DNA of 64,000 bases from Acidobacteriota bacterium. GTDB taxonomy: Bacteria; Acidobacteriota; UBA4820; DSQY01. Positions 42,448 through 51,210 of this stretch are shown here, one piece after another; position 1 is the first letter of the stretch; each line of letters starts with the position of its first letter. The notes below the pieces were generated by a model. That model was not told the origin of the DNA and searched no databases. It saw nothing but the letters and a program-made list of their open reading frames with translations. The DNA is taken from positions 9,156 to 73,155 of the forward strand of contig JAJYLT010000016.1 in the NCBI GenBank assembly GCA_021787565.1. The letters are read 5' to 3'. The position numbers were made by a program, and so were the translations under genes.

Positions 42448-44508
42448 TCAGCGGGTATACGAGAAGGGCGCCGAAGCGGTCCCGTCGACGTTCGTCACCA
42501 TGATCTGCACGGCCGTTCCCTTCGGCACCAGGGCCTTCAGGCCCGACCCTTTGGCCACCACTTTGGTGCCGCTGGCCCAGCGAGTGGCGGGGGCCGGACT
42601 TCCGTTGACGGCCACCGAACACCCCGCCTTGAAGCCGCTCCCCGTGATGGTCAACCTGAAGGGGGGCTGAGCGGCCCTCACCGCTCCGATCACCACCGAA
42701 TGGCCGACCGTCAGCGTCTGACTGGAGGTATCGTGGGCACCCGCCGCGTCCGTCACGTCCAGCGTGATGGTGTATACGCCGGGCGGAAAGGTCCTCGTGA
42801 CCGTCTCCCCCTCGGCGGCCTGTCCTCCCAGATCCCACGTGAAGGTATAGGGAGGGGTCCCGTCGGCGCTGCCCACGAAGGTCACCGGCGTGGCATCCGT
42901 GGGCTGGACGGGAGTGTAGTTGAAATCGGCGGTAACCGGTGAAGGGGGTGCGGCGTCCTCCGCGGCGGTGCAGCCGGCCCCCTTGCACGAGGTCAGAGTG
43001 CCAAGGTAGGCGGAGGCGGCACTGAGGAAGTTCGGACTCGCCACTGCCGCCTCGTTGCTCATCTCATCGGGGTCGGGACCGAGGTAGTAGAGCTCCTTCT
43101 CCCCCGTGCTGTACTCCACGTACTTGTAGGCGCTGGTCCTGTACCCCTGGTGGCCCGGCCAGTCGCTGGTCCTGGCCAGGTCCTCAGGATCGGGCGGCTC
43201 GGCCTGCCGGTCCTGGGGAAGAAGACCGGCCTGCTGGGGATGGGGAGCGGGCCCTTTGATCTGTTCGATGAGAACGGACTGCCGCCACGGCGAGGGCGTC
43301 TCTCCCTTCAACAGCGGGACGAGGGACCGGCCGTCGGGCACGTCGTGCATGGTGACGCCGCCCAGCTCCGCGAAGGTCGGGGCCAGGTCCACCTCCTCGG
43401 CAAATTGGTTGATCTGGAGGCCCGCGGGCACGCCCGGACCCACCACCACCAGGGGCACGCGGATGTCCGTCTCGTACGGGGTGTACTTGCCGGCCAGGAA
43501 GCGGTGCTGGCCCATGTGGTAGCCGTTGTCCGAGGAGAAAAAGATGTAGGTATTGCCTAGCAGCCCGTCTGCCGTGAGTTCGTTCACGATGGCCCCCACC
43601 ATGTCGTCCACCGCCTGGAGCGACTGGAGCCTGAGCCGGTACTCGGCGTCGATCTCCTGGATGTCCTGGTCCGTCAGCAGGGGCAGGGATTGCATGTAGG
43701 CCGGCTTGCCCGTCATGTCGGCCTCGTTGAAGGAAGGGGTGCGGGGCGCCTGGGCGCCGGGAAACAGGTTGGCGTCCCTCGGGGCCGGGGTGCTCGGCCG
43801 GTGGGGCGCGAAGGGGGTGAGGTGCATGAAAAAGGCCGGATGGCTGGGATCCTGGGCCATCTGGTGGACGAAGGCGACGGCCTTGGCCGACATGACGTCG
43901 GTCAGGTAGTCCGAAGGGGCGCTTCCGAAGCTCACCACGGTGCCGTTTTCGTTGAGCGAGTAGTTGTACTCGCCGTAGGGATCTCCGCTCACGGGGCTGT
44001 ACCACTCGTCCCAGCCGGGCGGGATGTAGGTCTGGCTCGCGGTGGCGGGGTACCCGTTGAGGTACTTCCCGAAGAAGAAGGTCTTATAGCCGGCCCTCTG
44101 CAGGGCCGTGGCCACGGTGTGGCTCTCCAGGGAGTCGGCGTAGGCTTTCTGGAAACCACCATCCGGCGGATTGTTGGTCCAAATCTTGGTGTTGTGAGGG
44201 TACTGGCCACGCAAGATCGCCGTCCTCGATGGACAGCAGAGGGAGAGAGGCACGAAGTAATCGTCGAAGGTGGCCCCCTGGTCCTCCAGGAGCGCCTTCA
44301 CGTTCTGCATGTACTCCATGGAGTGGAGCATGAGGTCCTGGTCGTCCGTCAGGATGAAGATGATGTTGGGCTTCTGCGGCTCGTGCCGCCCCGCCGTCTG
44401 GCATGGGGTGGTCTGCGCCGAGGCGGGAAGCGCCGCCGCGAGGAGGGTGGCGAGGATCAGGCCTGTGGTCTTCAGGTAGGGCAGGGCGTGGCGCGCCTTC
44501 AAGGGCAT
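42448..44508 (-). CDS. Secreted sulfatase (N-acetylglucosamine-6-sulfatase-like) with PKD and C-terminal Ig-like domain
   Basis: Signal peptide; PNIIFILTDDQ, CCPSR, GKYLN, SDNGYH; PKD-like YTFTWDLG...GVYTITLDVTD. Confidence 0.92.
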   Translation of the reverse strand: MPLKARHALPYLKTTGLILATLLAAALPASAQTTPCQTAGRHEPQKPNIIFILTDDQDLMLHSMEYMQNVKALLEDQGATFDDYFVPLSLCCPSRTAILRGQYPHNTKIWTNNPPDGGFQKAYADSLESHTVATALQRAGYKTFFFGKYLNGYPATASQTYIPPGWDEWYSPVSGDPYGEYNYSLNENGTVVSFGSAPSDYLTDVMSAKAVAFVHQMAQDPSHPAFFMHLTPFAPHRPSTPAPRDANLFPGAQAPRTPSFNEADMTGKPAYMQSLPLLTDQDIQEIDAEYRLRLQSLQAVDDMVGAIVNELTADGLLGNTYIFFSSDNGYHMGQHRFLAGKYTPYETDIRVPLVVVGPGVPAGLQINQFAEEVDLAPTFAELGGVTMHDVPDGRSLVPLLKGETPSPWRQSVLIEQIKGPAPHPQQAGLLPQDRQAEPPDPEDLARTSDWPGHQGYRTSAYKYVEYSTGEKELYYLGPDPDEMSNEAAVASPNFLSAASAYLGTLTSCKGAGCTAAEDAAPPSPVTADFNYTPVQPTDATPVTFVGSADGTPPYTFTWDLGGQAAEGETVTRTFPPGVYTITLDVTDAAGAHDTSSQTLTVGHSVVIGAVRAAQPPFRLTITGSGFKAGCSVAVNGSPAPATRWASGTKVVAKGSGLKALVPKGTAVQIMVTNVDGTASAPFSYTR

Positions 44509-44667
44509 CTCCTAGAGCGCAGAATTTGCGGGGGGAACCGGGAACCGGGGGGATCCTCGTCTCTCCATCAAAATAGGGACGCGGCACGCGCCGCCTCCCA
44601 CGTCGTCCCCCTCCCTCCTCACGGGATTTTACTTCCGGCCGGGTGGTCCGTCAAAGGAGCGGGGTGA

Positions 44668-44815
44668 CCCAAATTCCGCGATGGAATCGCACTCGTAGCG
44701 CCGCCCCCGGCGCGACGGACCGTACGCGGGCACCGCATCCTGGTCGCAGGGTCACCCGGTTCGCGGCGAGGCGCCGCTCCTACGCAGGCGTTGAGCCGCT
44801 ATCGCGGAATTGGGG
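44668..44815 (+). mobile_element. MITE family A copy 5 (148 bp; 3-bp deletion in the first REP)
   Basis: Direct repeat GGTGA at 44663-44667 and 44816-44820; GTAGCG replaces GTAGGAGCG. Confidence 0.93.
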
Positions 44816-44832
44816 GGTGAGTGCCCGGGCCC

Positions 44833-47800
44833 CTACGCCGCCCCCTCGGCGGTGGCCTCCTCTCGCACTGGCTTGGGCACGACGACGCCGCGGATGGCCC
44901 AGGCGCGGGAGACGGCGAGCGTGAGGCCGCCGCGGTCGTCCTCCGCCCTGCCCTCCACCACCAGCGGTCTGCCGGACGTGATGAGCTCGCCGAAAGCCTG
45001 GTAGGCGCGGGGGAAGAAGACCAGCTCCGTGAGGCCGGTGGGATCCTCGAGAGTGGCGAAGGCCATGCCCTCCTTCGTCTTGCGGGTGGAGATGCGCTTG
45101 TAGGTGATGACTTGGCCCCACACGCGCGCCGTCTCCCCCGCCTTCACGGCCAGGCTCATCGCGTGCGTGTAGCCCCGCCCCGCCGCCCACTCCAGCAGAG
45201 GCGTCAGCGGATGCGCGGTCGTCGCGTAACCGAGAGTGCGCACTTCACCGGCAAGGGTCTCGGCTAGGGAGAGGGATGTTGAGTCGGCGTGAATCAGAGA
45301 GCCATGGAAACCCAGGGAAGAAACTCTTCTCTCGCCGCGTCTCTGGCTCTCTGGTTCCCTGTTTCTCATCGTGCTGACGCCAGCCTCACCAGACCGCAAC
45401 AGGCCCAACAATACGCCTCGATCGAACCCGAAGTCATCGCACGCTCCCGCGCGGACGAGGACCTCCACTTCCGCGAGGGTGAAGCGGCGGCGCAGGCGGG
45501 AGCAGAGGTCGGCGAAGGAGCGGTAGGGCCCCTCGCCGCGTTCCTCGAAGAGCGCGTCCAGGGCCGAGGGCCGAAGGCCGCGCAGGGTGAAGAAGCCGCA
45601 GCGCAGCAGTCTCCCCTTCCCCGCGAAGTCGCTGCCTGAGGCGTTCACGTCGGGCGGCAGGATCTCCATTCCCCAGCGCCGCGCCTCCTCCACGTAGGCC
45701 GCCGTGCCGTAGAAGCCGCCCTGGTTGTTCACGAGCGCCGCGAAGAACTCGGCGGGGTGGTGGGCCTTGAGGTAGGCCACCTGGTAGGAGAGCTGGGCGA
45801 AGGAGGCGCTGTGGGCCTTGCAGAAGGCGTAGCCCGCGAAGGACTTGATCTGCGCCCAGAGCTGGGCCAGCACGAGAGCGCCGATGCCCCGCTCGCGGCC
45901 CTTCTCGAAGAAGGAGCCCGTGAGCGACTCCATCTCGGCGTGACTCCGGTACTTGCCGCTCATGGTCCGGCGCAGCGAGTCCGCCTCGGCCAGGGAGAGC
46001 CCCACGAACTCGTGGGCCACGCGGATCACGTCCTCCTGGTAGACCATGACGCCGAAGGTTTCCCTGAGGATGGGTTCCAGTTCCGGCGCGGCGTACTGTG
46101 CGCTCTCTTCGCCCAGCCGGCGCTTCACGTAGGCCTCCATCATGCCCGACTCAGAAACGCCGGGCCGGATGATGGAGGAGACCGCCGTCAGGTCCGGGAA
46201 GGTGCGCGTCTTGAGGCGCTGGAGCAGCAGGCGCATGCCCGGCGACTCGATGTAGAAGCAGCCCATGCTGCGGCCCTGTGAGATGACGGCGTTGGTCTCC
46301 GGATCATCGTAGGTCCGCTCCGGCGGGAAGATGGGCGGCGCCTGGCCCGTGCGGTCCTTCACCGCCGCCACCGCGTCCACGAGGACGCCGAGAGACCGGT
46401 TGCCCAGTAGGTCGATCTTCACCAGGCCCAGCTCCTCCACGTCAACCATGTCGCACTGCGTGATGGCCACGCCCTTGGCGGCGCGTTCCAGGGACAGCCG
46501 GCGCGTGAGCGGGACCGGCGAGACCACCACGCCGCCGCAGTGCACCGAGAGGTGGCGCGGGAAGCCGTCGATCCAGCGCGCCACCTCCAGCAGGTCCTGC
46601 CACGGCCGCTCCTTGAGGGGCGCCCGGCGTGACTCGGGCCTCGCCGCCAGAGCCTCTGTGAAGTGCTCGAAGGAGGTGTGCGGGATGGCGCGGGCGATGA
46701 CGCCGATCTCCTCCTCGGGCACGCTCAGGGCCTTGCCCACCTCCCTAAAGCCCGAGCGCGCGGAGAAGGTGTTGTGCGTGGCGATCATGCAGACGTTCTC
46801 GTCGCCGTAGGTGTCGTAGACGTGCCGGATGACGTGGTCGCGCTCGCGCCAGGAGAAGTCCAGGTCGATGTCGGGCGGGTTCCTGCGGCCGGGGTTCAGG
46901 AAGCGCTCGAAGTAGAGGCCCTCGGCCACCGGGTCCACGTGGGTCATGAAGAGGCAGTAGGAGACGAGGCTCGAGGCGCCCGAGCCGCGGCCGATATTGG
47001 GGATGCCCTGGTCGCGGGCGAAGCGGGCGATGTCCTCCACCACCAGGAAGTAGCCCGCGAAGCCCAGGCGCACGATGACCTCCAGCTCCCGCTCCAGCCG
47101 TTCGATGTACGCCATGGAGACGTTGCGCACCCGCCGAGCCAGGCCCGCGTAGGCCAGGGCGCGCAGCTTGCCCGCCTCGGTCTCGCCCGCGGGGATGGGC
47201 GGATGGGGCAGGAGCCAGTCGCCCAGCGGCAGTGTAAGGTCACAGGAGGCCGCCAGCTCCCCCGCCGCGTCCAGCGCCGTGGCGCGGGCGCCCCCGCCCG
47301 CGAACCGCCGCTCCGCCTCCTCCGGTGGAAGCAGGTACTCCCCCGGCCCCGCCTCGGGCCGCAGGTGTTTCGCCGCCCGCAGGACCCGGTGGATGGCGTA
47401 CCCCGAGGGACCCGGGAAGAAGGCCGGCGGCGCGGCGATGCAGGGCAGCTTGAGCCAATCCGCCACGGCACGGGCGTCCGCGTCGGCTTTGGAGTCACCC
47501 GAGAGGCGCGCGAAGAGGCCCCCTTCCCCACCGCCCGCTCCCGGAGGACTTCTCGCTCCCGCCTTCTTGAGCGCGTAGAGCAGGGGCACGTCTGACGCCA
47601 CGAGCGCTACGTGGCCTCCTTCCGTGGCCGCCGCGCACTCCCTCACCCGGTCGAAGCGGTCCGGATCGAGGTTGCGGCGCGTGATGAGGCGGCAGAGACG
47701 GGAGTAGCCCTCGCTGTCCCGTGCAAAGGCAAAAAGAGAGGCCCTTGCGCGGGGAGCTGGAGAGCTGGAGATCTGGAGATCTGAAGAAGAAGGAAGATGC

Positions 47801-48168
47801 CTTGAAGGAGCAAGTTCCCCTGATTGCTCCCTTTTGCCAGATGGGCCGTTCCACGGCTCTTTTCTCCCCAGTTCGCCAGTTCGCCAGCTCTCCAGCTCGC
47901 TCTTTTCCGCCCCCGCGGCTCGCCAGCTCCTCAGCTCCCCAGCTCGCTCTCTATAACCGCCTCCCGTGATCTCCGCCCCCAGAACCGGCTTAATACCCGC
48001 CGCCCTAGCCGCCTTATAGAACCGCACCGCGGCGTAGAGCCCGTCGCGGTCGCAGAGGCCCGCGGCGGGATAGCCCAACTCGGCGCACGCCGCCGCCAGC
48101 GTCTCGGGTAGCATGGCCCCGGAGTAGAACGTGAAAGCGGTCCGGTTGACGAGCGGCACGAACGGCAT
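44833..48168 (-). CDS. dnaE2: DNA polymerase III alpha subunit, error-prone DnaE2-like
   Basis: GRGSGASS, FERFLNP, PDIDLD, PRHLSVHCGG, KIDLLG, FAGYAFCKAH, NNQGGFY, C-terminal OB fold; degenerate PHP start (LVNRTAFTF). Confidence 0.85.
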   Translation of the reverse strand: MPFVPLVNRTAFTFYSGAMLPETLAAACAELGYPAAGLCDRDGLYAAVRFYKAARAAGIKPVLGAEITGGGYRERAGELRSWRAAGAEKSELESWRTGELGRKEPWNGPSGKREQSGELAPSRHLPSSSDLQISSSPAPRARASLFAFARDSEGYSRLCRLITRRNLDPDRFDRVRECAAATEGGHVALVASDVPLLYALKKAGARSPPGAGGGEGGLFARLSGDSKADADARAVADWLKLPCIAAPPAFFPGPSGYAIHRVLRAAKHLRPEAGPGEYLLPPEEAERRFAGGGARATALDAAGELAASCDLTLPLGDWLLPHPPIPAGETEAGKLRALAYAGLARRVRNVSMAYIERLERELEVIVRLGFAGYFLVVEDIARFARDQGIPNIGRGSGASSLVSYCLFMTHVDPVAEGLYFERFLNPGRRNPPDIDLDFSWRERDHVIRHVYDTYGDENVCMIATHNTFSARSGFREVGKALSVPEEEIGVIARAIPHTSFEHFTEALAARPESRRAPLKERPWQDLLEVARWIDGFPRHLSVHCGGVVVSPVPLTRRLSLERAAKGVAITQCDMVDVEELGLVKIDLLGNRSLGVLVDAVAAVKDRTGQAPPIFPPERTYDDPETNAVISQGRSMGCFYIESPGMRLLLQRLKTRTFPDLTAVSSIIRPGVSESGMMEAYVKRRLGEESAQYAAPELEPILRETFGVMVYQEDVIRVAHEFVGLSLAEADSLRRTMSGKYRSHAEMESLTGSFFEKGRERGIGALVLAQLWAQIKSFAGYAFCKAHSASFAQLSYQVAYLKAHHPAEFFAALVNNQGGFYGTAAYVEEARRWGMEILPPDVNASGSDFAGKGRLLRCGFFTLRGLRPSALDALFEERGEGPYRSFADLCSRLRRRFTLAEVEVLVRAGACDDFGFDRGVLLGLLRSGEAGVSTMRNREPESQRRGERRVSSLGFHGSLIHADSTSLSLAETLAGEVRTLGYATTAHPLTPLLEWAAGRGYTHAMSLAVKAGETARVWGQVITYKRISTRKTKEGMAFATLEDPTGLTELVFFPRAYQAFGELITSGRPLVVEGRAEDDRGGLTLAVSRAWAIRGVVVPKPVREEATAEGAA

Positions 48169-48215
48169 GGCGAACCCGAAGGAGGCGGAGACCAGCGACT
48201 ACTATCCGCACCCAT

Positions 48216-48244
48216 ATTATAGTCATACATGACTATACATTCAA
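48216..48244 (-). promoter_or_regulatory. sigma70 promoter of dnaE2 with palindromic operator
   Basis: TTGAAT-17 bp-TATAAT; perfect inverted repeat TATAGTCA-TACA-TGACTATA at 48218-48237. Confidence 0.88.
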
Positions 48245-48245
48245 G

Positions 48246-48280
48246 AGAAAAAGAGGCGGGAGAAATCCACTCCCCCGCCT
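48246..48280 (-). terminator. Intrinsic terminator downstream of the S8 gene, insulating the dnaE2 promoter
   Basis: Minus strand AGGCGGGGGAG-tggattt-CTCCCGCCT-CTTTTTCT. Confidence 0.7.
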
Positions 48281-48419
48281 ATAAGGGGTTAGGGCTTCTT
48301 CACGGCCGAAGCCGGCTTTTATGGGTCAAAGCGGCCGCAGGCCGCTCGTCGCGGCCTTCGCCATAGGGCGACCATGGGGATAGAACCACCATGCCCCCCG
48401 CCGGACGGGCACGAAACCT

Positions 48420-50987
48420 TTACCACGTGAGCACCACGTCGTTGCCGCTCCTGGCCACGCGGAGCGTGTCTCCGGCTCCGTCAACGTTGTAAAAGAAGAG
48501 ATCCGGGCCAGAAGCCGCGCCGGCATCCGTGTAGGTGTTGCCCAGGGCGGCACCAAGCGGCGGGAGGCTTGAAGCCACCGTGCCCCGGCGGATCAGATTG
48601 GCGAAGAAGGCTAGAGAGCTGTCCAGGGTGAGCTTGCCGTAGCCCCAGAAATCGTTCGGCGTGGTCCCCGTGAAACCGTCCGAGCGAGCCCCCGCCTGAA
48701 GATCCCCTCGGATCTGGCCAAGCGTGAGCGCGGGGTCGGCGCCGAGAAGAATGGCCGCCGCCCCAGAGACCTGGGCGCAGGAGAAGCTCGTCCCCGATTC
48801 GGCGATGTGCTGCCTGCTCGGGGTCTCCTGGACGATGTACTGGCTCTGCGGGGAGCCGGTGTACCAGCCGGCGCCGAGTTGGCTGGAGAGCGAGGTCACG
48901 ACCACCTCCCCGGGCGCGGTGAGGTTGGGCTTCTGGTCGTTCACCACGGCGTTGCCCTCCGAAATCCCTCGCAGAGGCCCGTGCGAAGAATAGGAGGCCA
49001 GGGCGCCGAGCGTTTCGCTGGAGGACTGTGGCGTTCCGTTTTGATCCACCCACGACGTCTTGGTGACGTGGGCGCCCACGGCGATGACGTCGTGGGCTGC
49101 CGCCGGGCCGTTGATCATCTTCGCGTCGTCCCCGCCGAGGTAGCGGTTCGTGCAGTCCTCCGTGGCGGTAGCGAAGTAGCCGTAGGTCCAATTCGTCATG
49201 TAGCCGTCCACGTGGGCCCCCGAAGCCGTACCGCCGTTTTGCCGAAACTGAACGATGATGGGCATGGGGCCGGACCAGCCCGGCGGCACGTAGTAGAGGT
49301 CTCCGCCATAGGCGGACTCCGCGGTCGTCGCGTAGTCGTAGGCCACGAAAGCATACTGTAGATTGCCGTTGTGGTAATCGGTCATGGGGTTTTCGAGGCC
49401 GAGGTAGACTCCGAAAGTGCTGGATGAACCAGCCGTCGTGGGATCGCCGACGAAGGAGTCCCGCCAAGACTTCCGGGAAATCGAGTAGTAGCCGCTGTTG
49501 GCCGAGGAGATGGCCACCCATCCCGTACTGAAATAGGTCCAGCTAGCGTAGTAGTCCACCGGGATCCAAGCCCGGAGCTCGATGTTCGCCGATGTGGGGA
49601 AGTAGAACTCCATGTTCATGGGCTGGCCCGCGTAGCCGTTGCCGTTCCAGTCGTAGGAGTAGGCGGTGATATTCGTCGCGTCGGTCTGGTTGCTACCGGA
49701 CGGTGTCGTCATGGCGCAGATGTTTCCATCCGCGTGCATGAGGTTGCCCGTGGCGTTGCCCGCGGCGGCCGAGAGCGCGATCCCGGCGCTCGAATCGGAA
49801 ACCCCAAGGTTGTTATCGATCCAGTAGGAGAGGTCGTCCCCGCCATCGTGCGGCCCCCAGTCCGAGCCGAAGCTCATGTTGATGGAGACGGGCTTCCCCA
49901 GGCTGGCGGCCTTGTCCTTGATGTAGCGAAGGCCGTCCTCGATGTGGGCATCGGAGAGGTCCGATTTGACCAGGATGATGTCCGCTTGATCGGCCTGCCC
50001 GTCGTAGGTTCCACCCGTTGAACTGCCGTTACCCGCCGCCACCCCCGTCGTGGAGGTGCCGTGTCCCCACGTGGAGGCGTCGTTGTCCTGTTCCGTGCAC
50101 GCCCCGGCGTTGATCTGGCCAGCCGTCCATTCGGCTCCATACGTGTAGCCGGCGGGAGGCGTTCCCGTCGCCGTCTGGTCCCAGATGAAGAGGATGCGCG
50201 TCGTACCGTCGGGGTTCTTGAAATCTTGGTGGCTCCAGTCGATGCCCGTGTCGATGGAGGCGTAGATCGCCCCGCTTCCATGGAGCTTCCAGTCGTTGTG
50301 CACGGCTGTCGTATGCGTGTCCGGCAGGGCTTGATCCATGTAAGGCTGGTAGAGTACCGGGGCGCGGACCCTGGTCACGCTCGGATTCTCGATCAGGGAG
50401 CGGATCTGCGAAATGGGCACCACGAGAAGGGCTGAATGCTCGGGGAACCACTGGCCTTCGAAGCGGGCGCCCAGCCGGCCAGCCACCTCCGGCAGTAAGG
50501 CCGGCGTGTCCGATTCCACCTGGACGGCGATGGCCGGAGTGCCCTGAACCTCCTCGAAGCGAAACAGGCGATTGAGCCCCTTGTAACCGGATTGGGGGGA
50601 GCCTTCCCCGGTTTCGCTCCGGGGGCCCATCTTGGCCAAACGGCGCGCGTCCAGGGCCAGCGTTGCCTTGGGCAGGCTCGCCGGGACGGACATCTGGGCA
50701 TCCTGCTTCGGATCCGCGGCCTGCAGCGGCACGGTCTTCGGGGCGAGGAGCATCTGGAGCCGCGCGTCCAGTTTCTCCTGCTCATTGGCCTTCAAAGGCC
50801 GGCTGGCCACTGAGTTCCTCAGGGCCGCCAAGGCCTCGGCCGTTTCCTGAAAGGAGGGGATGGTCCGCGGGGGCTCGGCCCACAGCACCACTCCTATCAA
50901 GAAGAGCGTTCCCGCCCATCCCGCCAACCGGGCCACCGAGCCGGCTCGGCTCGTTCTGCTTCGCGGCGTGTTCACTGGCTTGGTCAT
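48420..50987 (-). CDS. Secreted S8 (subtilisin-like) serine peptidase
   Basis: IDTGIDWSH, GHGT, AAAGN, SSHGP, KPNLTAPG, SGTSFS, WGYGKL; N-terminal hydrophobic segment. Confidence 0.9.
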   Translation of the reverse strand: MTKPVNTPRSRTSRAGSVARLAGWAGTLFLIGVVLWAEPPRTIPSFQETAEALAALRNSVASRPLKANEQEKLDARLQMLLAPKTVPLQAADPKQDAQMSVPASLPKATLALDARRLAKMGPRSETGEGSPQSGYKGLNRLFRFEEVQGTPAIAVQVESDTPALLPEVAGRLGARFEGQWFPEHSALLVVPISQIRSLIENPSVTRVRAPVLYQPYMDQALPDTHTTAVHNDWKLHGSGAIYASIDTGIDWSHQDFKNPDGTTRILFIWDQTATGTPPAGYTYGAEWTAGQINAGACTEQDNDASTWGHGTSTTGVAAGNGSSTGGTYDGQADQADIILVKSDLSDAHIEDGLRYIKDKAASLGKPVSINMSFGSDWGPHDGGDDLSYWIDNNLGVSDSSAGIALSAAAGNATGNLMHADGNICAMTTPSGSNQTDATNITAYSYDWNGNGYAGQPMNMEFYFPTSANIELRAWIPVDYYASWTYFSTGWVAISSANSGYYSISRKSWRDSFVGDPTTAGSSSTFGVYLGLENPMTDYHNGNLQYAFVAYDYATTAESAYGGDLYYVPPGWSGPMPIIVQFRQNGGTASGAHVDGYMTNWTYGYFATATEDCTNRYLGGDDAKMINGPAAAHDVIAVGAHVTKTSWVDQNGTPQSSSETLGALASYSSHGPLRGISEGNAVVNDQKPNLTAPGEVVVTSLSSQLGAGWYTGSPQSQYIVQETPSRQHIAESGTSFSCAQVSGAAAILLGADPALTLGQIRGDLQAGARSDGFTGTTPNDFWGYGKLTLDSSLAFFANLIRRGTVASSLPPLGAALGNTYTDAGAASGPDLFFYNVDGAGDTLRVARSGNDVVLTW

Positions 50988-51061
50988 GTTCGTCTCCCCA
51001 ACCTAAAATGAGTGGCATGCCAGCGTGTGTATGCTCGTCCCCACGCTCTCGGTTCCGCTCT

Positions 51062-51077
51062 AGCAAGAAATTTGCCA
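51062..51077 (-). promoter_or_regulatory. sigma54 -24/-12 promoter of the S8 peptidase gene
   Basis: Minus strand TGGCAA-ATTTC-TTGCT (GG-N10-GC), 75 bp upstream of the ATG. Confidence 0.7.
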
Positions 51078-51210
51078 GGGATGAGGGCCGGCCGGCCCAT
51101 GGCGAAGTGCTGACCTGCATGGTTTTTTCTTGGGGATGTGCGCTGACCGCCCTCAATGGAGCCTCCGGATTGATTCGGCCAGGTAACATCCGTGGTTCGC
51201 CACGGTGACA

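Noticed and set aside
47748-47960. Intein in dnaE2
   Set aside because: Too short, low complexity, no C/S...HN splice motifs
48281-48419. ncRNA between the S8 gene and its terminator
   Set aside because: Only short GC hairpins, no promoter or recognisable family; more simply a 3' UTR
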